A stretch of 64,000 nucleotides of DNA from Candidatus Hermodarchaeum yapensis. GTDB taxonomy: Archaea; Asgardarchaeota; Hermodarchaeia; Hermodarchaeales; Hermodarchaeaceae. Made by a program: the position numbers and the translations under genes. The notes under the pieces are model-generated. The model did no database searches. It was given only the letters and a program-made list of their open reading frames with translations, and was not told the origin of the DNA. The stretch covers positions 1-64,000 of the forward strand of contig JAEOSK010000006.1 of NCBI GenBank assembly GCA_016840405.1. The letters are read 5' to 3'. Position 1 is the stretch's first letter, and each line of letters begins with the position of its first letter. Below, one piece after another: positions 41,336-52,044 of this stretch.

Positions 41336-42739
41336 ATGCCACAACCAAAGCTAGGATTAATCACACCAAACGAGCTGGCTCTGTTTTTAGATTATTATGA
41401 GTTAACCAGTGCGAAAACCGACTTCGATTATGACAATCATGCCGTCGTCACGCAAGAATATTTTGTCAGACGGTTACCCTTTGGAAGCTACCTTGTTGCT
41501 ACTGGCCTTGAACAAGTCATCGCCTTTATCATGAATCTGCGATTTGAAGAGAAAGATTTGGGATGGCTGGAAGCAACTTCAGGTCCGGATTTCAGAAATG
41601 GGTTCTTAGACTACCTCATGAACTTCAAATTTAGTGGAGACATTCATGCGGTGCCTGAGGGAACGATTGTCTTTCCAAATGAGCCAATCATCAATGTCAC
41701 CGGCCCCACAATTGAAGTCCAAATTCTTGAAACGTATTTGCTTAACGTTATGAACTTCCAGTCACTTGTGGCTACGAAAACTGCAAGGATGGTTGACATT
41801 GCAGACCAGCGAACCATAGTGGATTTTGGCGCCCGACGCGCTCACGGTCGTGATGCCGCCATTCTTGCAGCCCGGGCAGCCTATTTAGCAGGTGCGACTG
41901 GTACATCGCTAGTATTGGCTGGTAAGAAATGGGGTATTCCGTATATTGGCACGATGCCCCATGCCTTTATCATGAATCGTCCAACCGAACTTGAGGCATT
42001 TCGTGAATATAGTAAATCTTTCCCACATAACACCATTCTTCTGGTCGACACTTACGACTCGCTAGAAGGAGTGCGAAATGCCATCATTATTGGTAAAGAA
42101 CTCCGAGACCAGGGATACAGATTGCAAGGAATACGATTAGATAGTGGAGATTTAGTGCCCCTTAGTTTTGAAGCCCGAAAGATATTGGACAAGGCTGGAT
42201 TTGAAGATGTGAAGATTTTCGTAAGTAGTGATCTTGATGAATATCGAATCGAGGAGATGATTCGGGAAAAGGCCCCGATTGATGGATTTGGTGTCGGAAC
42301 CCGGCTAGTTACAGGTGCTAACTTCAATCCCATTACCCGAGAGGGAGGAGTTTCAGCGCTACCAGGCGTGTATAAACTCGTCGAACGCATCGGAAAAGAC
42401 GGTCATGCTATTCCAAAGACTAAACTCAGTGCAGATAAGATTCTGGTACCTTATCGCAAGCAGATTAATCGCCTTTTAGACGACGATAGCCTGTTTAATC
42501 GTGATGTAATTTCAAGATGGGATGAGCCGATTGCTGATGCAGAACCCATATTGATCCCCATCATTGAACAAGGACGTCTAACATATAACTTCCCGACCCT
42601 AAAAGAAAGTCGAGCATACTGTACACAACAAATCAACCGATTACCTAAACCCTATCGATTACTCTCCGATTCCCCAATCTACCCTGTTAAACTCAGCCCT
42701 AAACTAGAACAAGCTAGTGCCTCCCTTCACAGTGAATAA
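41336..42739 (+). CDS. pncB: Nicotinate phosphoribosyltransferase
   Basis: DYYELT, DFGARRAH, GTMPH, LVDTYD, GIRLDSGD, FGVGT, VYKL. Confidence 0.93.
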   Translation: MPQPKLGLITPNELALFLDYYELTSAKTDFDYDNHAVVTQEYFVRRLPFGSYLVATGLEQVIAFIMNLRFEEKDLGWLEATSGPDFRNGFLDYLMNFKFSGDIHAVPEGTIVFPNEPIINVTGPTIEVQILETYLLNVMNFQSLVATKTARMVDIADQRTIVDFGARRAHGRDAAILAARAAYLAGATGTSLVLAGKKWGIPYIGTMPHAFIMNRPTELEAFREYSKSFPHNTILLVDTYDSLEGVRNAIIIGKELRDQGYRLQGIRLDSGDLVPLSFEARKILDKAGFEDVKIFVSSDLDEYRIEEMIREKAPIDGFGVGTRLVTGANFNPITREGGVSALPGVYKLVERIGKDGHAIPKTKLSADKILVPYRKQINRLLDDDSLFNRDVISRWDEPIADAEPILIPIIEQGRLTYNFPTLKESRAYCTQQINRLPKPYRLLSDSPIYPVKLSPKLEQASASLHSE

Positions 42740-42780
42740 TGTGTGAATTCTTCTAATGCTTCATAGCCTTATTTCGAGGC

Positions 42781-43308
42781 TTATTTGAGGACGGATTTTG
42801 CGTCAGTAATTTTGGCACCATAATATTCTTTGAGATACGCTAATCCGGATTCATGATCTTCAGCTGTAAACGAGTCCACGCCATCTTCAGGAATGAGGAT
42901 TTTGTAACCTCGAAAGAATGCATCAGCGGCCGTGTGCCGTACGCATAAATGGGTGTGGAGACCGGTCAGGACAACCGTGTCAACTTTTCGACTTCGTAAT
43001 ACTGAATCCAATGGAGTTTCGAAGAAGCTACTGTATACGTGTTTTCCGATTACAATATCCTCTTCTTCAGGGGTAAGCTCGGGAATAACTTCGGCACCTT
43101 CTGTGCCTTCAATGGCATGGGGTCCCCACTTAGCCATTTCAAAATCAGTATCCAGATGGCTGTCATTGGCAAAGATCACTGGAAGTGCCTTTTTATGGAA
43201 ACTGTCGATGAGCGTACGAATATTGGGGATAATTCGTTGGGCTCGGTCGCATTTGAGTGAACCCGTGACAAAGTCATTTAACATATCGATGATAATTAGG
43301 GCTTTCAT
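42781..43308 (-). CDS. pncA: Isochorismatase-family hydrolase / nicotinamidase
   Basis: IIDMLNDF, DSH, WGPH, K..YSSFF, CVRHTA; convergent with pncB. Confidence 0.8.
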   Translation of the reverse strand: MKALIIIDMLNDFVTGSLKCDRAQRIIPNIRTLIDSFHKKALPVIFANDSHLDTDFEMAKWGPHAIEGTEGAEVIPELTPEEEDIVIGKHVYSSFFETPLDSVLRSRKVDTVVLTGLHTHLCVRHTAADAFFRGYKILIPEDGVDSFTAEDHESGLAYLKEYYGAKITDAKSVLK

Positions 43309-43473
43309 TGTGCTCAACACTGTTTAGATTTCTCTGTGTTAAAAGAGTATTGAACTAATTAAAAAAAATCGGAGTCAGAAAACAAGGAGGATGGTGTGCG
43401 AAGTTCACTACAAATATAAAGCAGAAGTATTATCGCTTGCATCAATTTATCAAAATTATAGAAGTGATGATAC

Positions 43474-43968
43474 ATGGAAATTAGCAAAGAGCTTCAAGAA
43501 GCAATTAATGATCAACTTAACTTTGAACTTTACTCAGGCTACATCTACCTTTCGATGGCAGCCTATTTCGAATCCATTAATTTGAATGGCATGGCTCACT
43601 GGATGAAAATCCAAGCTAGTGAAGAATACGAACACGCCATGCGTTTCTGGGAACATATTTCGGATCGTGCAGGACTTGTGATTCTTAAAACCATTGAAGG
43701 TCCAACCAGGGAATGGGATTCGCCCTTGGCTGCATGGGAAAATGCCTACGAGCATGAGAAGATTGTAACGGAACGTATCTTCAAGATAGGAAAACTCGCA
43801 GAGAAGTTGGGTGATAAATCAGCTATTCCATTGCTCAATTGGTTCTATGAAGAGCAGGTTGAAGAAGAAGAACAAACCCAAAAAGTAGCCGATCTTCTTC
43901 GCATGATTGGTGATAATCAAGGCGCTTTATTCATGCTTGATGGTCGGCTTGGAAGCCGAGAAAAATAA
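43474..43968 (+). CDS. ftn: Ferritin (non-heme)
   Basis: NDQLNFELYS..YLSMAAY, EEYEHA, HEKIVT, WFYEEQVEEE. Confidence 0.93.
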   Translation: MEISKELQEAINDQLNFELYSGYIYLSMAAYFESINLNGMAHWMKIQASEEYEHAMRFWEHISDRAGLVILKTIEGPTREWDSPLAAWENAYEHEKIVTERIFKIGKLAEKLGDKSAIPLLNWFYEEQVEEEEQTQKVADLLRMIGDNQGALFMLDGRLGSREK

Positions 43969-44073
43969 TCCCTGCATTTCTTCATTCACCAATAATCCCA
44001 CAGTAATTCGAAAGCCTTTATAGAAAAGGCATCCCTATCGTTTTCCAATCACTTGACTTGAGGTGATAGGACA

Positions 44074-44490
44074 ATGGCGAGTAAAAAGCTCATAGATATG
44101 TTAAACCAAGCAATCTCAATGGAGCTTCAAGTTAGTATCCAATACATGTGGCAACACGTTCGGATATATGGAATGCATTCAGAATCAGTAGGTGGCATCC
44201 TCAAAGAAGTTGCAATAACCGAGATGAAACATGCCGAGGAAATCGCAGAACGCGTAGACTACCTCGGTGGAGAGCCCACAACGAAACCAGCCCCCATCAC
44301 TGTTGGAAAGACACCTGAAGAAATGCTCAGCCTTAATAAGAAAGCAGAAGAGGGGGCAATCGCCTTCTACCGAGAAATCATCAAAACCGCATCCGATGAA
44401 GGTGACATCGTCACACGAAAACTCTTCGAAGACATCTTGGCAGATGAAGAAGACCATCACAACACTTTCAGTGGACTCTTAGAAAAATAA
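44074..44490 (+). CDS. Short bacterioferritin-like protein 1
   Basis: ELQVSIQY, EMKHAE, AEEGAI..Y, DEEDH. Confidence 0.88.
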   Translation: MASKKLIDMLNQAISMELQVSIQYMWQHVRIYGMHSESVGGILKEVAITEMKHAEEIAERVDYLGGEPTTKPAPITVGKTPEEMLSLNKKAEEGAIAFYREIIKTASDEGDIVTRKLFEDILADEEDHHNTFSGLLEK

Positions 44491-44511
44491 CATGATGGAG
44501 CACGGATCAAA

Positions 44512-44928
44512 ATGGCTAGCAGGAAGCTACTTGACCTCTTAAATAAAGGAATCGCCCGGGAATTACGAGTGTCAGTTGAGTACATGTGGAACCACGTAAA
44601 GATAGCTGGAATGGAATCAGAATCACATGGAGATATATTCAAAAAAATCGCGATAACCGAGATGAAACATGCCGAGGAAATCGCAGAACGCGTAGACTAC
44701 CTCGGTGGAGAGCCCACAACTGAACCAGATCCAATTACAGTTGGAAAGACTCCACGTGAAATGTTTCAAATCGCTCTCGAAGCAGAGGAAGGAGCGATTA
44801 AACTCTATCGAACCATAATCAAACAGGCTGATGAAGAGCAAGACTTTGTCACCCGTCGCTTGTTTGAAGGAATTTTAGCTGATGAAGAAGACCATCACAA
44901 CGTGTTTCTCAAACATTTGAAGAAGTGA
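44512..44928 (+). CDS. Short bacterioferritin-like protein 2
   Basis: Tandem paralog with the same ferroxidase motifs. Confidence 0.88.
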   Translation: MASRKLLDLLNKGIARELRVSVEYMWNHVKIAGMESESHGDIFKKIAITEMKHAEEIAERVDYLGGEPTTEPDPITVGKTPREMFQIALEAEEGAIKLYRTIIKQADEEQDFVTRRLFEGILADEEDHHNVFLKHLKK

Positions 44929-44937
44929 TCCACCATT

Positions 44938-44985
44938 GCAGTTGATGGTGAAATCCCACTCAACTGCCATTCCTCTTTTTCTTCC
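44938..44985 (+). terminator. Hairpin plus pyrimidine tract
   Basis: GCAGTTGA...TCAACTGC followed by CATTCCTCTTTTTCTT. Confidence 0.55.
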
Positions 44986-45040
44986 ACTCCAACTAGCATG
45001 ATGTTTATTGACACCATTCCTGTGAATTGGTCAACGATTT

Positions 45041-45964
45041 CTAAAATCCGAGGATTACAAGCCAAATTCCTAGCACAGTAAACAGTGTTCCCAAGAGAAT
45101 CAGTGGCGTAATTTTTTCTTTCAAATAGAAGATCGCCAAGGGAAGGGCAAATAAAGGAGCTGAAGCAGCAACAACTGAAGTAACAGCCGCTCCCGTAATT
45201 GCCACCGTGGAAACATACAAAAGTGAACCTATACCCATTCCGAAAAACCCAGCAACCAGTACGATTTTTGATGCCCGTTTAGTCGGCTTTGGCATTCCAC
45301 GCTTACGAGCAATGAGAAATATCGGAAGAAGAAAAAGCGAACCAACCGTGATTCGAATCAGGTTGGCATCGATTGGATCCACTCCAATTAGACCGATTTG
45401 CAGAATCACAGTTGCCGTCGCCCAACAGAACGCCGCGAGTACCGCGAGGGCTATACCGATTTTATCCCAACTTTTCTGAACCTCAGATTCCAAACTTTGT
45501 GACGCTGCTTCTTGTTTTGCCTGTTCTCTCGTGATGAGGCTCACTCCTACTACCGCAAGAAGAGCCCCTGCAAGTCGGATAATTCGTAAGGCTTCACCGA
45601 GAAAGATGATAGAGAACAAATAGGTGACAAGGGGAAAAATCATGGCAATTGGAAATGCTCGCGAAACGCCAATACGCGACTGGCTTGTTAGATACATCAA
45701 GTCACCAAGTCCCGCTCCAAATATGATTGACCCAGCCAGAAAAGGAATTGAAGTGAGGGGAACGTTGAACCCCGTTGGGTAGAGCAGAAGAAATACAGTA
45801 ACAAATATGACTGGAAGCGCAATCCACATTTTGAATGCATTGATTGCTGTCGGTTGGATTTCAGCACTCTGTGATTTATAGACAACATTAGAGATACCGA
45901 ATAGCGCCGCTGCTGTGATTCCCATGAAGACACCAGCAAGAAAAAGCTCGGGAGGCACTGCCAT
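45041..45964 (-). CDS. DMT/EamA family transporter
   Basis: About 10 TM helices in two repeats; GVSRAFPI..FP..LGE; APLFA..LKEKIT. Confidence 0.88.
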   Translation of the reverse strand: MAVPPELFLAGVFMGITAAALFGISNVVYKSQSAEIQPTAINAFKMWIALPVIFVTVFLLLYPTGFNVPLTSIPFLAGSIIFGAGLGDLMYLTSQSRIGVSRAFPIAMIFPLVTYLFSIIFLGEALRIIRLAGALLAVVGVSLITREQAKQEAASQSLESEVQKSWDKIGIALAVLAAFCWATATVILQIGLIGVDPIDANLIRITVGSLFLLPIFLIARKRGMPKPTKRASKIVLVAGFFGMGIGSLLYVSTVAITGAAVTSVVAASAPLFALPLAIFYLKEKITPLILLGTLFTVLGIWLVILGF

Positions 45965-46113
45965 AATGAACTACCAACACTTTCACAATAATTCCTATAG
46001 AGACTCTGATGTGTGGTTTTAGACTAAAAGTTGTGTCCATGTTGCAGAGAGGCAAGTTTTTTGAAGAGGATGTGAACAAGGTGGGTACACTTTGGAACTG
46101 GAGGTGCCCTCCA

Positions 46114-46671
46114 ATGTACCCAATTGACATCCTACTTGAAGAACACAAATTGGTTGACAGAGTTTTCGAAATTATTGAGAAGGTCCGCGATAAGCTTGAG
46201 GATAAAGAAGAAGTACCTGCCACCGTTTTCTGGAAGATCGTTGATTTCATTCGCGGTTACGCTGATGTGATACATCATAGCAAAGAGGAAGACATCTTAT
46301 TTGATCAAATGCGTGAGCACGATGAGGAACTGTCAGACGATGTACAAGATAACATCGCTGTCCTCATTGAAGAGCACATTGAAGGTCTTGACTACGCCAA
46401 TGAGATGCACAAAGGCATCCGAGCCTATCGGCGTGGAGATCCCGATGCTCGGGAAGAAATACTAGATGCAGTGAATAATTATCTCAAGATTATGAAACCT
46501 CACTTTAAGATGGAAGAAGACGACGTCTTTCCAGCAATGGTGGGTGTTCTTAGTAAAGAAGAGAAAGACAAGATGAAAGCTGATTTCGAGCGATTCGACG
46601 AGATCTTGGGTGGTAAGGAAGTTCATAAACGCTACGCCAAAATTGTTGATGAGCTGGAAAAAGCGTTTTAA
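46114..46671 (+). CDS. Hemerythrin-domain protein
   Basis: LLEEH, HHSKEEDILF, EEH, HFKMEEDDVFP; ATG after GGAGGTG. Confidence 0.9.
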   Translation: MYPIDILLEEHKLVDRVFEIIEKVRDKLEDKEEVPATVFWKIVDFIRGYADVIHHSKEEDILFDQMREHDEELSDDVQDNIAVLIEEHIEGLDYANEMHKGIRAYRRGDPDAREEILDAVNNYLKIMKPHFKMEEDDVFPAMVGVLSKEEKDKMKADFERFDEILGGKEVHKRYAKIVDELEKAF

Positions 46672-46863
46672 CCAGTTCTAATTCCAGGAACCATACGAAA
46701 GGAAGACTTGATTCTAGAACCAAGTGATAATGACATGTGTGCCTTGTTTTTTCTTTTCTGGAAGGCGGCTAGGAGCTTTTTATTCATTCTATAAGAGAAA
46801 AGCAAATCTTTTTCGACCAAACCGCAGTTAGTAGTGGATTAACACTTCAACACTGTGATAATT

Positions 46864-47478
46864 ATGACTACAACGAAAGAGGAAAAGCGTTCATTTGACT
46901 GGGATCGCGTCTTCGGTGGAATTGGATCGATAACCTTCGGTTTGCAACTTCTCTCGTTTCTGATACTTCTAGGAGCGGGTATTGTATTTTTGCTCATGCT
47001 ATCTGGCATCTGGGGATACCTAGTAGCCAATGAAGACATCTTTATATTCGTCTTATTACTCGCAGGTGGCTTTGCATTTCTTGTCTTCGTTTGGTTGCTC
47101 GGAATCTTCCTTCGCTTCCATCGGGGAGTAAGAAAATTCATTGTTGGGCAAGGCGTCGGTGATATCGATGCTGACGATTCAGCGACAAAAACCATTCTTG
47201 CACTCTTTGCGATTTCTGTGCTATTTGTGTTAGTTGCAGGAATCTATGGATATTATCTGTTTTGGAAATACATCCTAGATTCATGGGGTGTCGCCTGGCT
47301 AGCCTCAATGGGATTGACTGGAGTGTTCTTCTACGAGATTGGATTACTAACCGTTTGGATTGCTCTCGGAGTGATTATCATCACTTTCATCATGCAGATT
47401 CTAACACTCGCCATTAATCGGTATGCGGGAAGGCTCGTCGCTTCTGTTGACAGTGAAGCTGAACACCCGGGATCATGA
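46864..47478 (+). CDS. Hypothetical membrane protein
   Basis: About four hydrophobic helices. Confidence 0.7.
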   Translation: MTTTKEEKRSFDWDRVFGGIGSITFGLQLLSFLILLGAGIVFLLMLSGIWGYLVANEDIFIFVLLLAGGFAFLVFVWLLGIFLRFHRGVRKFIVGQGVGDIDADDSATKTILALFAISVLFVLVAGIYGYYLFWKYILDSWGVAWLASMGLTGVFFYEIGLLTVWIALGVIIITFIMQILTLAINRYAGRLVASVDSEAEHPGS

Positions 47479-47530
47479 CAAAGAGTCTAGACGTCACAGT
47501 CTAATAGATCGTTATCCACAAAACTGGAAT

Positions 47531-48298
47531 ATGACCACCAATCTTCGGAGTCAATGGCAGGCTAATGCGAGGGCTTATTCCAAGTTAATCGCGGAGAAAG
47601 GCACCCCACATCATCGTGAGATTCTCAACCCATGCATTGAACGGCTAATGGGAGATGTGCTAGGAAAATACATTCTGGATGCTGGTTGTGGAGAAGGCTA
47701 CCTTTCGCGTTTGTATGCACAAAAAGGCGCAAAAGTTACTGGGGTTGATTTTTCTCCTAGCCTGATTTCAGAATCCAAACAACGCTCCCAAAACTTCGAT
47801 ATTACATATCTTGTCGGAGACATTTGCCAGTTAGAAGATATACAGGCAAACCAGTTTGACATTGTTCTCTGCAATCTTGTACTTCTCAATGTGAATTGCT
47901 TAGAAAGCAGCCTTCAAGAATTTCATCGTGTGTTACGGTCAGGAGGTTTTCTCATCTTTTCAGTTGTCCATCCTGCATTCAACGTGTATGGACCTGGCCA
48001 ATGGGAACTTGGAGAAAAAGATCCTACAACAGGTCGGCGAAAAGGGCAATATTTTAAAACTGATAATTATCACACTGAAAAAGAGTTCCAGATAAGATGG
48101 AATAGTCGGACAGGAGAGGGATTTCCAAAGAAGTTCAGTTTCTTCCATCGAACAATAAGTACCTATGTTAATACGGTTATCGAATCAGGGTTTCAGTTAG
48201 TAGCTTTCGAGGAACCGCTTCCATCAACGGACGCACCGTTTTTTGAACGCGAAAGACGTGTGCCATTCTTCCTTGTAATTAAAGCTGAAAAATCTTGA
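47531..48298 (+). CDS. Class I SAM-dependent methyltransferase
   Basis: ILDAGCGEG, GVDFS, FDIVLCN, LRSGG, HP, FHRTIS. Confidence 0.88.
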   Translation: MTTNLRSQWQANARAYSKLIAEKGTPHHREILNPCIERLMGDVLGKYILDAGCGEGYLSRLYAQKGAKVTGVDFSPSLISESKQRSQNFDITYLVGDICQLEDIQANQFDIVLCNLVLLNVNCLESSLQEFHRVLRSGGFLIFSVVHPAFNVYGPGQWELGEKDPTTGRRKGQYFKTDNYHTEKEFQIRWNSRTGEGFPKKFSFFHRTISTYVNTVIESGFQLVAFEEPLPSTDAPFFERERRVPFFLVIKAEKS

Positions 48299-48305
48299 AC
48301 CACGC

Positions 48306-48944
48306 TCAGGTACGAATCTTCTGAGGAAGAAGTAGCGAAACTTCAGTAAACCGGTGAGGCCGCTTTAGCAAACGGGAGATAAAGCGCGTGAAAAGACGTT
48401 TATCTTCACCACATGCTGCAGCGAAACCTACGGGTGAGAGGCCCACTAAGATGAAACGAGTCGTTGCATTTAGAAGAGATGATTCAGTATACGGAGCTTT
48501 GGCGGTTTGTGATTCACTGTTTTCGAGCCCAGAGTCTTCGGTGATAAAAAGCGCTCCAGCTGATAGTCCACGAGGATGACTTTTTGTAAGTATTACGAAT
48601 AATGGTGTATCCAGGGTGAGAGTAATTTCCTGAGGAGTTCTCACTTCTTCGATGACAGTTTTAATGGCCCATTCATCGTTTTGGCGAATTAATTCTAACA
48701 GTTGATTAAGAAAGGATTCACCTACGACCACCGTAGATGGAGAAAGGAGGGATTCTGCATCCTGAAAATCGAGTGCCACCCGAATCTCTTGTCCTTCGGC
48801 CTCGCCTCGAATTATAACAACCCAGTTACTAGGTTCCTCCACCTTATTACACCTGAATGATTTAGAGAACTTGTAGATTGATGAAGGCACAAGAAGAAAT
48901 AACTCTTCGTACTTATGGCGTGATGAACGGAAAACCACGAGCAT
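48306..48944 (-). CDS. Hypothetical protein
   Basis: ORF fills the gap; true start probably downstream of 48944. Confidence 0.5.
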   Translation of the reverse strand: MLVVFRSSRHKYEELFLLVPSSIYKFSKSFRCNKVEEPSNWVVIIRGEAEGQEIRVALDFQDAESLLSPSTVVVGESFLNQLLELIRQNDEWAIKTVIEEVRTPQEITLTLDTPLFVILTKSHPRGLSAGALFITEDSGLENSESQTAKAPYTESSLLNATTRFILVGLSPVGFAAACGEDKRLFTRFISRLLKRPHRFTEVSLLLPQKIRT

Positions 48945-49317
48945 ACACGGTTACTGTGCCTTCTAGACTTCCTAGAGCACAGACAATCGTAATGGTGTAG
49001 GTACCAGTAATATCGAGCCATGGAGTCGTAACGGTTGTTGTTGATGTATCAATAGAAAGTGAAGCATTGAGCACGGTATTCGATGCATCTCGAATTTCAT
49101 AGCCCCAGACGGCAGTAACGGACGTGAGTGTTATAATAACCTGCATCTGAGAATTTGGCCAATTGATTGCTCCTGGAATATTCGTTGAAGAAAGAACCCC
49201 AGTAAGACTAACTGGCGTCGATTGTACCGCAGAGGGGAATGCTAATCCGAGGTAAATTCCAGCGGAGATTATTACTATGATGATGATCCCAATGGCAACC
49301 TTTTTTCCTGTTTTCAT
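48913..49317 (-). CDS. Small secreted or membrane-anchored beta-rich protein
   Basis: MKTGKK plus hydrophobic helix; Thr/Ser-rich; GGTGA RBS. Confidence 0.7.
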   Translation of the reverse strand: MKTGKKVAIGIIIIVIISAGIYLGLAFPSAVQSTPVSLTGVLSSTNIPGAINWPNSQMQVIITLTSVTAVWGYEIRDASNTVLNASLSIDTSTTTVTTPWLDITGTYTITIVCALGSLEGTVTVYARGFPFITP

Positions 49318-49458
49318 TATCTACTCACCTTCAGAATTTTCTTCTATTAGGTCCATGTTCTATTTATCATTCTTGCATGCTATGAGTAACTTTGTTATTC
49401 GTCCGAATAAAATATGAAAAAGATCTGAACCATAAGAGGCGCAAGGAGTCAGAATAAC

Positions 49459-51018
49459 TTGCCATTTCAGATTGATCTCATTATTCATAATGTTAACATC
49501 ATCACCATGGATCCTGCTATGCCTAGAGCTGAAGCGATGGCGGTTACGAATGGACGGATTATCGCGCTTGGCTCAGAGGAGGAATTGAAACCGCTTTTTG
49601 AGAATGCCAAAGATATCATTGATGGAAAAGGCCATACGGTGCTTCCGGGATTCATTGACACTCATGCCCATTTGGCTGGACTTGGTCGCAAATTATTTCA
49701 CCTGGATCTTGGCGACACTACATCCGCAGAAGAAGCTATTCAATTAGTTGGAGAACGGGTGAAAAAGAGTCCACCTGGTAAGCTCATATTAGGTTACAGC
49801 TGGGATGAAAGCAAATGGACAACTCCTCGTTACATAACAAAAGATGACCTAGACCTGATTGCTCCTGATAATCCAATCGTGTTGATTCGAGTTTGTGGTC
49901 ATCTAGTAAGCACAAATTCAGCAGCGCTTAGGCAATTAGACATTGATGCAACGCATCCAGGAGTTGACAAAGACAATGACACTGGTGAACCAACAGGAGT
50001 TCTCCGGGATATTCCCATTGATACTAGGAAATTAGAAACCGATGAGGAAGATTTGGCTCAATCTATTATTGCTGCATGTCACTTCGCAAACAGCGTTGGT
50101 GTCACATCCGTACATGAGAATCTATACCGCCAACAGTTACAAACCGTTGCAGCGTTCATTAAAGTCCGACAAGCACAACAACTTACCGTGAGAGTGTATG
50201 CCAATCTTGAAACTCAACTATTGGATAAGCTTGCAGGGCTAGGCTTACCTACCGGACTAGGAGACGAATACTTCAGGTTAGGCGGTGTGAAGGTTTTCAT
50301 AGATGGATCCTTCGGAGCCCAAACCGCAGCACTTTCTCAACCTTACCAAGACCACTCAGAATCTGATGGCCTCCTACTCTTCGATGAAGAGGATTATCGA
50401 TTTCTTCTCAAAACTGCCAACCAATTGGGGCTCCAAGTGAGTACTCATGCTATCGGTGACCGGGGGATTGACATGGTTTTGAGAGCGCATGAACAAGTGA
50501 GCAAAGCTAAGTTCGTGAAAGAACTTCGGCACAATATCATTCATGCTGAATTTCTTACACAACCGTTAATCGACCGAGTGAAAAAGTTGGATATACTTTT
50601 ACTCCAACAACCGAATTTTGTGCATCGATGGGGACTCCCCGGAGAGATGTATTATTCCCGTCTGGGCCCGGAACGTGCTCAGCAATTAAACAATTTCCGG
50701 AAAATTTTAGATGCCGGTATCAAAATCGCGTTTGGATCTGATTGTATGCCGATGGACCCGATTTATGGAATCTATTCGGCTGTGACACACCCTAACCCTG
50801 CGACGCGAATTACTGTGGAGGAGGCAATTCGACTCTATACTGCTGATGCAGCATATGCCAGTTTTGAAGAACAAGATAAAGGAACGCTTGCCCTCGGAAA
50901 ACTAGCTGATTTCATACGCATTTCCGGAGATCCCTTCACCCTGAAACCTGAGAACTTACGGAATTTGAAAGTACTTGAAACCTATGTTGGTGGACGTCAG
51001 GTCTTTTCAAGTCTCTAA
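49459..51018 (+). CDS. Amidohydrolase (YtcJ/Amidohydro_3-like)
   Basis: PGFIDTHAH, KVFIDGSFG..TAAL, HAIGD, GSD, GKLADF. Confidence 0.9.
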   Translation: MPFQIDLIIHNVNIITMDPAMPRAEAMAVTNGRIIALGSEEELKPLFENAKDIIDGKGHTVLPGFIDTHAHLAGLGRKLFHLDLGDTTSAEEAIQLVGERVKKSPPGKLILGYSWDESKWTTPRYITKDDLDLIAPDNPIVLIRVCGHLVSTNSAALRQLDIDATHPGVDKDNDTGEPTGVLRDIPIDTRKLETDEEDLAQSIIAACHFANSVGVTSVHENLYRQQLQTVAAFIKVRQAQQLTVRVYANLETQLLDKLAGLGLPTGLGDEYFRLGGVKVFIDGSFGAQTAALSQPYQDHSESDGLLLFDEEDYRFLLKTANQLGLQVSTHAIGDRGIDMVLRAHEQVSKAKFVKELRHNIIHAEFLTQPLIDRVKKLDILLLQQPNFVHRWGLPGEMYYSRLGPERAQQLNNFRKILDAGIKIAFGSDCMPMDPIYGIYSAVTHPNPATRITVEEAIRLYTADAAYASFEEQDKGTLALGKLADFIRISGDPFTLKPENLRNLKVLETYVGGRQVFSSL

Positions 51019-51999
51019 TGGCCGCTTCCGCATCAAAAATGCAGTCGTTTCTTGAAGGTTAGGAAATAGCGTTTGGCCAGGCTGTCGGGATACTCGTAAA
51101 GCAGCTACCGCATTGGCGAAGACTGCAGCCCGACCCATAGTGGCTCCAGAAATCATACTCACAGCAAAGCCAGCATCAAAGGCATCACCGGCCGCTGTAG
51201 TATCCTGAACCTCAACATCGAAGGCAGGTATATGATGTTGATCACGTTTTGTTGCTAACAAACAGCCTTTCTTGCCTAGTTTTACTACGAGAGCAGGAGC
51301 TCCAGCTTCGATGAGTAGTTGAGCTCCTTTCCGTGGACTACGCTCACCTGTTAGCGCCTTGACTTCATCACCATTTGGAAAAAACACATCAACAAATTGA
51401 AGAATTTCTTTTACCTCTTCAACAGTATCGTCTGACCAGTCAGCAGGATCCCAGCCTGTGTCGAAAGATGTTGTTGCTCCCCGTGATTTTGCTAGTTTTA
51501 ATAATTCTACTAAAGGTCGACCTTGAAGAGCATCTAGAAGGTGATACCCAGCTAAATGAACCCATCGCGGTGGTGGATCTTGTTTGAGACATACTTCAAG
51601 GTCATCCAGTTGGAGTTGGGCGTTCGTTCCTTTGAAGGTGACAAAAGCCCGTTCACCATCTTCGCGTATCATGGCAATTGTGACTCCTGTCGAGGAATCC
51701 TCGGCGAGTCGTAAGCATTGAGTATCGACATCAACCTCTCGAAAAGCTTTCAACACGACTTCGCCAAATTGGTCAACCGCTAGACGACCTGCAAATCCTG
51801 TTTTGACACCAAGGCTAGCCGCACAAAGGGCAAAATTCGCCGCAGATCCTGCAGCCCGAGTCAGCATTTCAGGCACAACAACTTCGCGACCAAAACCTGG
51901 CATCTTTTCCAATTGTGGAAATACAAATTCAGCATTTGCATCCCCAATTGCCAATATTTGTACTACCGTCGGGATGACCACTCTTTTTTGCTGATTCAT
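51007..51999 (-). CDS. PfkB-family carbohydrate kinase
   Basis: AGSAAN, D.FG, FFPNGDE, VKLGKKG, DTTAAGDAFDAGF. Confidence 0.9.
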   Translation of the reverse strand: MNQQKRVVIPTVVQILAIGDANAEFVFPQLEKMPGFGREVVVPEMLTRAAGSAANFALCAASLGVKTGFAGRLAVDQFGEVVLKAFREVDVDTQCLRLAEDSSTGVTIAMIREDGERAFVTFKGTNAQLQLDDLEVCLKQDPPPRWVHLAGYHLLDALQGRPLVELLKLAKSRGATTSFDTGWDPADWSDDTVEEVKEILQFVDVFFPNGDEVKALTGERSPRKGAQLLIEAGAPALVVKLGKKGCLLATKRDQHHIPAFDVEVQDTTAAGDAFDAGFAVSMISGATMGRAAVFANAVAALRVSRQPGQTLFPNLQETTAFLMRKRPLET

Positions 52000-52044
52000 T
52001 TTTCTGACCCCGTAACCAACTCTAAATGTTGAGTGGACTAAGTA

